Shown piece by piece: positions 1 to 13,196 of a stretch of DNA of 64,000 bases. The notes beneath the pieces were generated by a model, which was not told the DNA's origin, ran no database searches, and saw only the letters and a program-made list of their open reading frames with translations. Both the position numbers and the translations under genes were made by a program. Position 1 is the stretch's first letter, and each line of letters starts with the position of its first letter. Source of the DNA: Vezdaea acicularis (Eukaryota); assembly GCA_026025075.1 (NCBI GenBank), contig JAPEUI010000004.1, forward strand, positions 186,001 through 250,000, in the 5' to 3' direction.

Positions 1-2871
1 CGCGACCAAGGACCAGGACCAACGACCAAGGCACCATTCGCGAAGCCTGTTCGTCCGCACCTCTCTCTTCTCTTTTCCCTTTTCTCTTCTCCCTGCTCTC
101 ACTCTACCTGTCCTTCCTCACCATCCGCCTCTTCACTGCCTCGGCCGTCTCGAGCTCGGCTCGCTGATGTCGCGGTACGCCTCGATTCAGCTCCATCATT
201 CATCTCCCCAATCGCCAGTGTTCACCGGCTCGGCGGCATCGAAGGAGCATATTACTATACGAATACCTCTCTAGTCGGATTTTAGTCGTTGACGAGGCTC
301 CCAATCCGCGATTAGCGCTGTTGGTCCCCACGGGCGTCGGACCCTGTCTGTCCACCCACATCACGGCGTGTGCACGCAAGCTTTCGCCGCGCTATCACCT
401 TCCCTGCTCGCCGGCGTCGCACCTCCTCCGCGGTGGGTCAGGGCATCAAGGGGGACTCCTCGACCTGTTGCCTCCGGCCAGGTCCATCGGGGACATTTAC
501 ATCGTCCGTCATCGTAGGCGGCGCGCTCGTCTCATCCGTCGCTCGGAATCAGTAGGATGATGGTCGGAGAGAGAGGCGTAAGGAGAGGGAGGAGCGCCTG
601 ATCCGAGCATGATACTGCAAGGATGCTGCCGTGCTTGAGGTCTGTTCACGGTCCTTCGTCCAACGGGGTTGGGCTTCGGTTACGCTGACCCAGATAGGGA
701 ATCGAGACGGCGCTTGAGCTAAGCGGGTGGGAGCGAAGGGTGCAGGGTGAGCTATCTTAGCGAAGGCGCACACAATGGCCCCGTTCAAACGAAGAGGGAG
801 ATATCGAACAGGTCCCTGCGACCACGGCTACTGGAATTGGGGACCATCCGCCGCTGACCGTCGTATTCCCACGATGCTTCACGTAATCAACATCAACATC
901 GACCTCGACCTCGACCCCTCCCCCCAGAGACCGAACCATCGGCGGAGGGATCTCCGTTGCGCGATCATGGCCCATGTAACGGTGGGAGGGGAAGGGCTGC
1001 TGCGCAGGGACAGAGCTCGAGACGAGCGGCAAGGATCAGGCGAAGAAGAAGGTGAAGAGACGGTGGTCTGCCCCTTCCTGTTCAAGCCAGGGTTTGGAGC
1101 AGCAAGCCCTACCCCAGAACAGAGCGCGCCAGCGGCTGAGTATGCCAAGCCAACGGTCCCGCACAAACGCCGCACTGCATTCTCGCCTCTACACCTACGA
1201 TACTCGAAATCTTTTCTCGGCCTCGATAAAGAAGAAAAGAATCCATCCGGCGCGGAGGGGCCTGGCCGATCTTTCACCCCGGCTCAAACGCCTCATCGTC
1301 GCCCCCGTCCGACTGGAGTCCTTGCGAGCTAACCTGGGGAGACGAACGCTTTCGAGTCCGTCCCTCGTCACTAGGGCTTCTGGCTCGAGGGCAGCGGGTT
1401 GCACGTCATGTGACGTGAGAGCGGCGGCGGCGGGCAAGCAGGCGATTATCGACAGGGCGCCAAAGTCATAACGTACAGGAATGGGCTCACGCACTCGCGG
1501 GGGGCGGAGATCCCCCAAGTGGAGGGCGCCAGGGCCCCCCACACTTGTCGAGGTGGCCGAGCGACGGCGGCGCCGAGCAGCCGCTAAGGTCCGTCGCCCG
1601 CTCGCCGGGGAGGGGCGCCCGAGCAGCACGACGACGGTGCCTTCTGACTAGCCCGGCGCGGTGTCTTGGGCCTCTTGTTACGCGACTCGACCGCCCATTT
1701 GAGCTTTGGGACCAGCAGCATCCAATACCACCCGATGCCACCCAATGCCACCCCGCCGGCCGCCGCCGCGATCACTCCGGACGCGCACCCTCCAAGCGTT
1801 ACCAGTTGTGAACTCCCAACTGGCGGACTCGCCGCCTCTGACCACCGCGGACCACTGGCCGCAGGGCATATACCCCAAGCCCCCCCGTTCGCATTTCCGC
1901 TCGCTGCCTCCATGCAGCTAGGGGCTCACCCCCCTCCCTCCTTCCCCTTCCACCCCTCCCCAGCTCTTTTCGCCAGACCCCCCCCCCTCCCCGGTTGTAC
2001 ATCATCCCGCACCGAACCAGGGACCGAGCCCTGGTCGAACGCCCCTTCGGTAACAAGTGTCCATACGGGTACCAGGCGCAGCGAGACGACTTGTCGACGC
2101 GGCGTCGACGCTCTGAGGGCTTAGGGCCGGCGACCACTTCGATGACCGTCCTCGCCGACGACCATGACCCCAATGGCACAGGCGCGCCCTCGACTGCCCC
2201 CCCCCCCCTCTTCGCCTTTTTCGCGTCGTTTCCTCAAGTCATCTGCTGCGGCCCTCCCCCAGCCTTGCGTGCCCCCACGAAGCTCGGTACTGCTCATTTC
2301 TCTGCGCCAGGCAGCGTTGTTGTCGGTGAAAATTTTCGATCGACCACCATCACGAGAAGGTGTGGCGTCTGCTCCTGAGATGATGGACGAAGGCAGGCGA
2401 GAGACGGCGGGCTGGGCTGGGGGTGCTCCCGTACCGCGCCCGTTGAAGCTCTCCACTAGGTCACCCTCGAGCTCTGAACCTCTCCATCCGCCCGCTGCTC
2501 GTCTGTTATAAACGCCCCGCGCTCCCACCGTCGTCACCATTCCCCCGACGCGCCATCTTCATTCAATGCTACTATACGCTCTCGTATATCTCTAGTCCTG
2601 TCCTGCCCGTCCCCTTCGTGTCTCTGCTTTTCATTCTGGTGGAGCGCTTGGTTTTTCTATTACCTCGTTAGGCAACTCATACCGCTCTCTCTCTGTCTCT
2701 CTCTTTCCCGGGAGCTGTGCTCCGTCTCCGCTTGACCGTCTTGTATATTGAGCATTGGGCGACCGACGGCGTGAGCGAACCTTCATCACCGCAAAGCTGG
2801 CAGCCATCGTAGCCTCTCCCCCAGCCCTGTTCTGGCGGGATCGTCCCCATCAGTCGTTGCCGTCGACCGCG

Positions 2872-4397
2872 ATGGACATCTCCGGTCTGGTCTCGTATGA
2901 TCACCTCGGCTCCCGTGCCACTTCTTCCGCCGCTTCGTCCCGGGGCATGATGATGCCCCACCTCGATCTCAATCTGGCGTCCTATCCTCAATCCAACATG
3001 GACGGTTTCGTCGGATTCCCCTCCGCCGGCTATGGATATCACCAGATGACCACCGCCGGCTACCAACAGATGCTCCCCGCATACTCCACCCCGTACCAAC
3101 CAATGTCCCATCCCGCGCCGATGCAACCGGTCCACGACGTCCATCCAGGTCTCCCACACGTTCGGGATGCCCTGGATGGTCTCGCGCGCGATGGTGGGAG
3201 CCCCATGGTGAAGAGTGAAGATGGATCGATGTACCGAGGGTACCCCCCTCATCATGAGCAGGTCGATACCTACTCCGTCGACAGCAAGATCTCGACATCG
3301 ACCGTCTCGAGCGGCGAGGCCCACTTCGCGACCGACGTCGACACCCTCATGAAAGCCATCCAGGCCAAGTCCAAACCGAACCCCCAGCGGAGGCTTCCCC
3401 TCCCCAGCCAGTCTCCTCAGACCATCCGGTCCACCATCGCGCAACCACAGCTGTATTCGGGAGGCTACGCGCAAGAACCAGCATACGCGGACGCCGGGAT
3501 GGCCGTGCCCAAGACTCAGCGGTCGAAGAAGCGATATACATGCGAGATCCCCGGCTGTTCCAAGAGTTTCTTTCAGAAGACCCATCTGGAGATTCACACG
3601 CGAGCGCACACCGGAGTGAAGCCATTCGTAAGCACCTTCCACACGCTGTCTGATCTTGACGACGAGCTTCAGCTGACCCCTTGACTAGGTCTGCAAAGAC
3701 CCAACCTGTGGTCAGCGCTTCTCCCAACTAGGGAACTTGAAGGTTGGTTGACTCATGATCCTCGGATGTGATCACTCTGGAAGCCTAACTTGCTCCCCGC
3801 AGACTCATGAGAGGAGACACACGGGTGAACGACCGTACCAATGTGATGTCTGCGGCAAGCGGTTCGCCCAGCGGGGAAACGTCCGAGCGCACAAGATTGT
3901 GCACGAGCAGAGCAAGCCGTTCCTATGCAAACTGGAGGACTGCCGTAAGCAGTTCACACAGCTAGGAAACCTCAAAGTTCGTCGCTCTTTCCCATCCCCC
4001 AACTAGATACGCTCGAAACTAAACGTCCCCGGTGCAGTCCCATCAAAACAAGTTTCACGCGCAGACGCTGAAGCACCTCACCTTGAAGTTCGCCACGATG
4101 CGGGAGGGTGACCCGGTCTCCGCCGCCGACAAGGAGCTCTGGGAGTACTTCGCCACGCTCTACAAGAATTCCAACAAGGGCATCAAGGGCCGCGGCAAGG
4201 ATCGTAAGATCGCCGGGCCCAACAGCCCGCACAAGCGTGACGACCGCAGCTGCAGCAGCGATCTCAGCGGCCGCAGCGAGAACGGCCAGAGCCACCACGG
4301 CGCGTACGACTTCAACGAGGGGATGGATGTCGAGGGGGACGACCACGACGACCGACGGCCGACCGATTTTGCGTTCGCCGATCGGAAGATGTATTGA
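2872..4397 (+). CDS. AZF1: C2H2 zinc-finger transcription factor, Azf1-like (4 exons)
   Basis: Four C2H2 fingers across spliced exons ([91 protein letters not shown]) followed by the Azf1-type tail [20 protein letters not shown]. Introns at about 3628-3688, 3743-3802 and 3977-4037. Confidence 0.9.
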
Positions 4398-5087
4398 CGA
4401 AACGAGGACGATTTTTCCTTTTTCTGCTTTTAGAGAGGGCGAGGGTGGAGTTCGGGATCGGGTTGCAACTTTAAAAAAAAAAGGAGAAGGGGGAAATGGC
4501 ATGTTGGGTGGCTTGCGTCGGTGGGTCGGTGGGAGGGTTTGGTGCTCGGTTGGCGGCGTATCAAAACAAAAACGGTGTCATGTACGGCGGCGCGATCTCC
4601 TTTGTTCATATGATCGTTATGCGGAAGACGACGTGTATCAAGGTGCGGGTGGCAGGGCCGGATGGTCTGGAGGTCACGGCGGTGGCTTTCCTTGTTGATA
4701 GCTCTCATAGCTCTGTATGTACGCATATACTGTATCATTGACCTTCCTTGCCACATGAGGGTGATCACATCACGGTGTTGGCACCGGACGTCTGTCACCC
4801 CGAATCTGCAGCCGGTTCTGTCCAGCTCGGCCCGGACGATCAGATGCCGTCCAAGGTCCCTCTCACAGATCATCACGATCCCCCGGCGACGGTGCTGACT
4901 TCGCGAAACGCCTCATCTGCCTGAAGTCAAACGAGGCATGACTCCATCGCGGCTCTTAGAGCTCTTAGCGACACCGGTGGGATGTGACGACCCATATCTC
5001 AAATGACAAGTGAGACGGGCGTAGATCAGAGTCGTCTCCTTTTTTCCTCTTCTAAAGCATGACCGTTGCTCCTCATCGCATCGTCGA

Positions 5088-6233
5088 TCATGATTCCTTC
5101 CGCTCAGCCCCTATGCCGTCCGTCGCACCCATCATCCGCGGCAGATAGAACCTCACATTCTCATACACGAGGAAGGTCAAGCAGACATTCGGCAGCACCC
5201 TTGCCACGCTCGGGCCCAAGCCGCGGTAGAAGCCCCCGATTCCATCCTGCCTCCACGTCTGCCGGACCACGTCGAAACCCCCCTTGTACAGCGTATCCGC
5301 ATCGTACACCTGGAGTCGCGCCCTCACGACCTGGTAAGGGTATGTCGTGCCCATAGCAACGAGTTTTGCGAGCGCCGAAAGATACAGGTACTCGACGTTA
5401 GTGAGACGGCCAGCCGTGGCGCCCGCGGACATGGAGTTGGAGAGATGTGAGCGGTCGTAGGCAGTCTGCCATATCTTAAGCTTCTCGTAAACAAGGAACT
5501 GCACCGCCCCATGGCTTGTCCCAAGCAATGAAGGTACTAGGCCGCGGTAGAACCCTCGCAAGCCTTCGACGCGGAGAATGGTGCTGGCGCCCTGGTAGAG
5601 GGATGGGTATGCGCCCGGGGCGGAACCAGAGGTGGAGAGCATGCGCGTTTTGATGACCCATATTGGGTTTGTGATCAGAGCGGTAAGAGCGCCTTTCCAC
5701 CGCCGTCAAGTAAGCTGTGCACAATTCAATCGAGGAGGAGAGTGGCCCACCTGCAAAACCTGCGGCGAGGAAATAATCTGGTCCGCTAAGCCTGTAGACT
5801 GGCGACGTGCCGTGTATACGGTGTGCGGCATCCTGAAGCTGCTTATAGCTAGTCGTCATAGTCAGTCATGGCGAATCAATATCAAGGATCTTGCCGTTCC
5901 GTTACCAGAAGAAATAGACGCCCCAACTGAGTGTATTCCCGACCAGGTTCGGCGTCAACCCGCGATAAAGACCTCGCACGTTTCCCTCATTCTTTGCAAT
6001 ATCTCTGGCGACTCTGAAAGAATCACCAAATTTCAAGGACAGGCGCTGGCGCTTGACTGAGGGAAACGGTACTGTTAGCAGAGTGTGCAAACCAGGGTCA
6101 ATGCAGGTCGTTCACCTTGTAATCGGGTCTTGATAACATCGAGTGGATGAAGGACGATCGTCGAGGCGAAACCGGCAGTGAGCCCAGCAGTAGTCTCTAC
6201 GAGCGACTCGGATCTCGAATGAGTAAGACTCAT
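5088..6233 (-). CDS. FLX1: Mitochondrial carrier, folate/FAD transporter (Flx1/SLC25A32-like)
   Basis: Three PX[DE]XX[KR]XR-type carrier repeats (HPLDVIKTRLQ, NPIWVIKTRML, YPYQVVRARLQ) in spliced exons. Confidence 0.85.
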
Positions 6234-7337
6234 GAAGGGGCAGGGAGTGGTTTTTGTTGCGCGTCTCGCATTTAGATCTACCCCTAACGAATGTGCCGAA
6301 TCACTCTTGACGTTACAGACGTCATCGGTAAGTGGATCTGTCACGAAACCGACACAAATGGTTGGAAACATTCTTGTTTGATTCTCTCGCCGCTTAAGTC
6401 ACATTTCATGGCAGAAGGGATACAGCTCTTGGGCAAATGTTTGAGTAAAGATACAGAGCTCCAGCCACGTGTATCCGCTAAGCTCAGACGTAAGTATACA
6501 ATTTTATACATGAGTGAAGGCCATAGCATTCAATCTTTCCCATGCGTATCTAGCATCCTCCCAACCCGTAACTCTACAAGTGAATTTCCTGTGCAACGGG
6601 CCTCTGAGGCATATACGTATCAATCCCGATGGTTCTGACCAGCTTGATCACGATAGGGGGGAAATCAGCCTATGTGACATGGTATTAGAAGTTTGTGCTG
6701 AGCATGCATATGGCATAATATTCTGTATCGTACCGAATGAGCGGAGGTCTTGGCTCGCTCCGTGTATATCCTACAGAAGTGTCAATGTCTACATTGCGGT
6801 CAAGAAGCTGGATTGTGTTCATACCAAGATATATGATCAACGGCAGGTAGCCACTACCTGGAGTCAGCAATGTGTGTGCATCACACGTATGCACTAAAAG
6901 AGGGACTTACTAGTGTATCGCAACTCGGGAGATGTCGATGATCTTGGTAATTCTCTCCTGTAAAGGGTAAATTTGACAAGGTTCGGAATGGATTGAGGAG
7001 AGAGCCGACCTTTGTTTCTTCTGAGAGCTGCATATTTTCCAGCTAAGAGCGTGGACGGTTGTTGATTGGGATACTTGTTGCGTTGCCGAGATTCACTGTG
7101 CCTATCTTCTGAATCTAAGGGTGGATAGTCATAAGAGTATCGAAGACTTTCTAATTTCTATTTGCTGTAGGTGATTGATGATTACGCTTCACACAGAAAA
7201 TTTAGTTACGGAGGGCGTCACGTACAAATGCGTACTTTGCAACTTAATCAAACACCTGATCGAATGCACATGCTTTGCGACCCGCATGTAAATTTTCGAA
7301 CCTTTGCACCTGCAGGAAAATAGTTTTATACTTCGCC

Positions 7338-8610
7338 ATGTCGGGCGCCAGGCACTGGTAAGCTATATGCCTAGAATTTTCAACATCCGTACGCATATCC
7401 TACTAACTGCTTGGCGGTATAGGGAACAAGACAAGGAAGCTACAGTCTACGTTGGCAACCTTGATGAACGCGTTTCAGACAGCTTGGTGTGGGAGCTCAT
7501 GCTCCAGGCTGGCCGTATTGTCAATGTACATTTGCCCAAGGACCGCGTGGCGCAGACACATCAAGGATATGGCTTCGTTGAATTCATCAGCGAGGAGGAT
7601 GCGGAGTATGCGGCCAAGATCATGAATCAGGTACGACTATATGGCAAACCAATCAGGGTCAATAAGGTGAATCCCCACGTCCTCTGTAGAGCGACCGTAT
7701 TCTTACTTGGTTTAGGCTTCAGCAGACAAGCAAAAGACCGTGGAAGTTGGTGCTGAGTTGTTCGTGGGCAATTTGGATGCAATGGTTGATGAGAAAACGC
7801 TCTACGATACCTTCAGCAGATTTGGAGGATTGGTGCAGCCACCTAAGGTATTTCAATCCTCGAAGACAATATTATGTAACTTCATCATACTAACGAACGT
7901 AGATTGCTCGAGATGATGCGGGTCTGTCTAAGGGCTACGGTTTTGTGTCCTTCTCGGACTTCGATGCCTCGGATAGTGCAATAGAAAATATGAATGGCAA
8001 ATACCTTATGAACAAGGAGATTTCAGTTCAGTATGCGTACAAGAAAGATGGGAAGGGTGAGCGGCATGGCGATCAAGCTGAGAGAATGCTCGCTGCCGAA
8101 GCTCGGAAACATAATGTCCAGCTACCAACACAAGCGTTCCCTACACACGTTTTCAACGCACCTACTGCGAACGCGTCAGTGAACATGGTTCAAGAGAGCG
8201 ATATCAGCAGAGCCCTCAACGGAGCGGGCGGTTCCTCTGCCAACTATATGACCGGGCGTGTAGGTATGCCCAACGGGGGCTATCCTGGCGTCCCTCCTGC
8301 GCTGCAGCACCAGCAACAGCGACCGCCACTGCAAGGAGTTCAGCCACTCCCCGCACCACCTTCTGGGTTACCGGCACGACCGCCCCCTTCTAATGCGGGT
8401 TACGGCGGGCCACAACATTTCAGTCCAAGTGGATATCCTCAACCAGCGCCAGGCTTCCCACATCCAGGGCCACCGCCCGCGATGGTGGCCCCCCCTGGGT
8501 TCGGTCCTCCACCAGGGCAGGGACAAGGACCTCCAGGTTTCAGTCCACAGAGCGCATATCCACCTGGATTTCCCCAAGGACCTCCCGCAGGATACGGTAA
8601 GGGACGGTGA
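7338..8610 (+). CDS. HSH49: Splicing factor 3B subunit 4 (SAP49/Hsh49), two RRMs plus Pro-rich tail
   Basis: [46 protein letters not shown], a second RRM and [13 protein letters not shown]. Confidence 0.93.
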
Positions 8611-9099
8611 ATATTCTTTGTGGTTCGCCTGTTATATCAAAGTTCCCTCGCAATATTTGAACGAGTATACTCTCACATCTATGTTTGCTCGGTCACAAGG
8701 TCGGCTTATATCCTTGGTACCATCTCAACCAATCAAGAAAAGCCACTCAGGTGGCAAGACTGTATGGCTAAAGCCCTGAGAAAAAGCTCTTCCGGGCAAA
8801 GACGTTGAAGAGCCGTCCCACTAACCTAGAAAGACTGGCAGATTTACGAAGCTAACCTTCACGCTTAACGATCCGGGCGATATCTTTAAAGAGATTGGAT
8901 CTGCTGAATGTGAATTTGCCCCACGAGGCATACAACGCCGATATATAATATTGTAGGTATGAAAGATAAATTTGCAAAAACCCAACCATACGGGACTCCG
9001 TAAACATGCTTCTGTGGCCGCCCAAATTGCCAAAATTGCCAGAGTGGCCGCGAATGAGCATCAATGTGCGGAGTTCCACTTCCCTAGTCAATACCATGT

Positions 9100-9524
9100 T
9101 CAAGAGAAGGAAACAAATTTAGGATCCCTCGGTCGTCCATCCGGGCCAATGTCATTTTTCGCAAATCGTTGCTCCGTGTAAATCCTCCGCGCTTCATCAA
9201 ACCCGACGCGCCTCGTCTTCATTATCCTCTGAACCTCCTTCTTGCCCGCATCATCTAGCCCTTGCCGTGAATCGCCAGACATGATATTTGAAGATAGGTC
9301 AAATGAGCCTGAGGTTAGGCCTGATTCTATATCACCAGCGAAAGAGGATGGTAAACGTGAATACAGGTATTGGGGAGCCGGTAGTAAAGGTAGCCATCGA
9401 GCACGGAAGATGAAAAGTGCTTGCAGTGTGATGTCAGCAAGATGACGGAGACATAGAAGTGATTAGACCTACCTGTAGCAAGGACAAGTGCAAAGAACGA
9501 TATCGAGTAGATCATGTAAGCCAT
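9100..9524 (-). CDS. Small fungal DUF2015/UPF0357-family protein
   Basis: Hydrophobic N-terminus MAYMIYSISFFALVLAT, one intron, then GLTSGSFDLSSNIMSGDSRQGLDDAGKKEVQRIMKTRRVGFDEARR...GPDGRPRDPKFVSFS. Confidence 0.8.
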
Positions 9525-9858
9525 TTTGCCAATGAATAATGCGATCCGGCTAATGCCGGTCCCAGGCCTCAAGAGCACAAACAGGACTACTAACGCATGG
9601 AGCAGTTGTGTGCTTTGATGATTGCAGGTTTTCGTCGAGGATGTGATGGCGATCTTGTGTCGTAATTCAATCTTCTTATGAGCTGGTCGCATCACCCTTT
9701 GGATTAGGTTTAGCGCCATCGGGAAACTAAGCTCGCTAAACGATTGTTCCGAGAGGGCTGACCCTCGCGCGAAATCAGAAGTGCATTCTAATCCATCACC
9801 CACATTGCGAGCTTCTTCCAATCTTTACGTCGGACCCTCTACGAGTTGGATCAGCAAG

Positions 9859-10579
9859 ATGTCTAATGTCTCAGCTGACCTGATCTGGGAAATAGCTCGT
9901 AAGTAGATGCGAAAAGGTCTAGATTAGACCTAATTACTCACCTAATTTTACGAGATTAGGTGGAAACAATGCCTACCTAGTCAAGAGGCGCACGGGGGGT
10001 GGGGTTCAGTTCTCTAGAGATCCCCTGAACTTGGCAAATAAACAGTCTCGAAAGGTTTGGCACCCATCAAAACTATCTTTGAGGTAGTATTGCTCACAGG
10101 ACTACAGTATAGTGGGTTCGTAAACAACAAGGTACTGGCAGTCTCCGAGTGACGAGTGAAGGAGGCGCTGAGAACCTGAGTGAAAAAAGCTAACCCAAAC
10201 TACAGGCTGTTGGTCTTCATAGTTCCGACAAGGACTCAATCACTTTGACTACCAAAAAGTCGAAGCACCACAATAAGCCAGCTTCAAACCTGCACAATGT
10301 TTCCTGGGGTGCAAATAAGCCAAGTCGAAAGTTCGTCAGAGCCATATCAAATCACTGTTTTCGTGCTTTAACTTCCGTTCTAACACGCTTCATTCTTCTA
10401 GGGTCTACAGCGGAATAGTTGCGCATACTGCGAAAAATGGCTATCGTCCTGATCTGCGAGCCGAGTCCGTGGCACGAGCAAGTGCAATCCGCAGGTCCCA
10501 CAGACCTACAAAAGAAACACCAGAAAAGAAAGCCCGCGGTGCAAAGGCGAAGAAAGCTGCTGAAACAAAATCGTCATAG
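9859..10579 (+). CDS. RPL28: 60S ribosomal protein eL28 (L28e), 5 exons
   Basis: Spliced by hand (not in ORF track): MSNVSADLIWEIAR/GGNNAYLVKRRTGGGVQFSRDPLNLANKQSRK/YSGFVNNK/AVGL.../...GYRPDLRAESVARASAIRRS; TAG at 10577-10579. Confidence 0.9.
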
Positions 10580-11186
10580 GCATACTTGATATGATCTGGT
10601 GGGAATTGGGAATACTTCAAAGGTCTTAAGCTTTACTAAGTTTTGACTCCCCATCCTCAAAAGTACATTGTGCATCGGCCAGGCTACTCATAACCTGATG
10701 TCTCCGCGAAATTGCAAGTTTGCGCACCGTTGTTAGTAGCATTTCGGCATCAAGAGTGAAAAATCCAGCCTCAACTCCAGATCTGCCCTTAGATGAGATC
10801 AGATGGAAATACCTCATGATTCGAACTAGACCATGTGTGTGTGCCTAGAAATTTGGATCTTGATTCTAGTATCATTGCACGTAGTTGTTTAGTTAGTTGT
10901 GAGCAGACCGACATTCAACCCTGTAAATAACCGAATACCACAGGCAAACGCTAGCCCTCATGCCGCGTTAGAGGCAAACGACACTTCTGAAGGACCCCAC
11001 CATCCGAACTCGGCTACCTAAATCGATCTTCACTGAACATCATCACGTCCGAATCTTTCAATTACTGGCAGCAGCTCCTGCTTTTTTAAGACAATCTCAA
11101 GGTCACCGCAACTTTATCAGCTCAGTAGTTTCTGCATCGTCAAGTTTACCCCGCACTTACAGACAAGTACTCTCTAGACGTCAGAT

Positions 11187-12785
11187 ATGGTGAAAGCCGG
11201 TATTACATTCGTTCTCGTAGCATATCACCTGAATACTAATAGTCACGGCAGTGGTCCTTGGTGCCTCCGGTGGAATTGGTCAGGTAGAGTAGCCTTAGTC
11301 GCACGTGTTTTTCACTTTGGAAACTAAGAGACTCGGTACAGCCACTGTCCCTCCTTCTGAAGGCGTCCAACATCATCGATGAATTATCTCTTTACGATGT
11401 TGTGAACACTCTAGGCGTGACTGCCGATTTGTCACATATTTCCTCTAAGGCGGTGAGTGACGGGATCATGATACAACGCTGCCTGTAGTGGCATGCTAAC
11501 AAGATGGCAGAAAATCACTGGTTACTTGCCCAAGGATGATGGCTTAAAACACGCCCTTACGGGGGCTGACGTTGTTGTGATTCCTGCCGGAATTCCACGT
11601 ACGTCTTACAGAGACTGCACCTCCAGCTTAGTCGCTCATTGGCACGTGTGTAGGCAAACCGGGTATGACTCGAGATGATCTTTTCAAGATTAACGCCGGT
11701 ATTGTTCGAGATCTTGTCACAGGCATTGCCGAGTTCAGTCCCAAGGCTTTCGTCCTGGTCATCTCTAACCCTGTGAATTCCACCGTACCAATCGCTGCGG
11801 AAGTATTGAAGTCAAAGAAGGTCTTTGATCCGAGCCGTCTTTTTGGAGTTACAACCCTTGACGTCGTCCGAGCGGAGACTTTTGTTGCAGAGGTCATTGG
11901 AGAGAAAGAACCTCAAAAGCTCAACATTCCTGTCGTCGGTGGTCATTCTGGGGAGACCATTGTGCCATTGTTTAGTCTTGCCAATCCGAGTGTTAAGATT
12001 CCAATTGAGAAGCTACCAGGCCTTATCAATCGTAAGTAATACTGAGAATGCTGGTCACAGAAGTGTTCACAACCCTCCAGTTTGGTCGCCCAACCTAGGA
12101 CGCTTAATAGTTCGCTTCAATTTGTGGGTGTGCAAGGCCATCCCAGAAGATATGACCGTTCTGTTAGGCCACCTCATATGCCGTTAATATCAAGCAACGG
12201 GATCCTTTTCAAGATATTGGCCGCTTCAATGCAAAAATGAAACCCCATGAGCACTTCTGTGACTAGCTTCTTTTGGCTACCACAGGACAGTCATGCTAAC
12301 AGGCTTGTCCAGGCATCCAGTTTGGTGGGGACGAGGTAGTAAAAGCAAAAGATGGCACAGGCTCAGCTACGCTCTCCATGGCGTATGCTGGTTTCCGGTA
12401 ACTAGTCACGTCATGATTCCCAAGGCTTTGGCTGACGATTGCTGAATAGCTTTGCTGAGAAAGTCGTGAAAGCGATGAAGGGTGAGAAAGGCATCGTCGA
12501 GCCCTCCTTCGTCTATCTACCTGGCATTGAAGGTGGAGAATCGATCGCCAAGGCGACAGGTTTAGACTACTTCTCTGTGCCAATTGCACTCGGCGTAAGC
12601 GCTCCATCCGAATTTATGGTCAACGCTAACAGAATTCATTGCAGCCATCAGGGGCGCTCAAGGCAATCGATATCCTAAGTAGAGTCAACGACAGCGAAAA
12701 GAAACTCCTCGAGCCATGCATTGCGGGCCTGAAAGGAAACATCGAGAAAGGGATAGAATTTGTCAAGCACCCCAATTCAAAGTGA
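11187..12785 (+). CDS. MDH: NAD-dependent malate dehydrogenase, cytosolic/peroxisomal type (no mitochondrial presequence)
   Basis: [80 protein letters not shown]; ends ...[15 protein letters not shown]. Confidence 0.95.
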
Positions 12786-13196
12786 TTCTTCACCTTTTGG
12801 ATCTTTCCGTTGGCACTTACCACTGCATTGTCTTCTTGATTTCTTACTTCTCAATCCGCGTCCGCTTTCGTCGGCCATATAGCGTGCCAGCGAATTGGTA
12901 GGATATTTGGCTGATCAGTAATGATGGGTTGACAGGCTATGAAAAGCGATAGATCCTCATTTGGCAAACGACAATGCTAGCTTAGAATTCAGTTTTTCTC
13001 ATGGTGAAGTCCATTAAACCTTTGTTACAGAGCATCATCAGAAGCGCAGCGTGTCCCCAATGCAACCCATTCTCTGTTGCATTCAGCGGGAAATCGTGCA
13101 TACTGCTGTAAATGCATAGTCGACCACTGCCCTGTAAACTATTCATCACGGGAGTTGAATAATGCCCGTTCATGAAATTCAATAATGCTTCATGAT

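Noticed and set aside
321..2540. Many overlapping ORFs of 60-185 aa upstream of AZF1
   Set aside because: Low-complexity Pro/Arg/Gly-rich translations on both strands with no recognisable motifs, as expected by chance in GC-rich regulatory DNA.
10141..10175. C/D-box-like GTGACGA...CTGA in an RPL28 intron
   Set aside because: Only about 12 nt between the boxes and no recognisable guide; too short for a snoRNA.
12040..12270. TPP riboswitch in the MDH intron (contains CTGAGA)
   Set aside because: The other conserved aptamer elements are missing and MDH is not a thiamine gene.
12783..12839. Stop-codon readthrough of MDH to a PTS1
   Set aside because: Context is TGA TTC rather than TGA CTA, and the extension ends ...ALSS, which is not a PTS1. 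The splicing route explains SKL.
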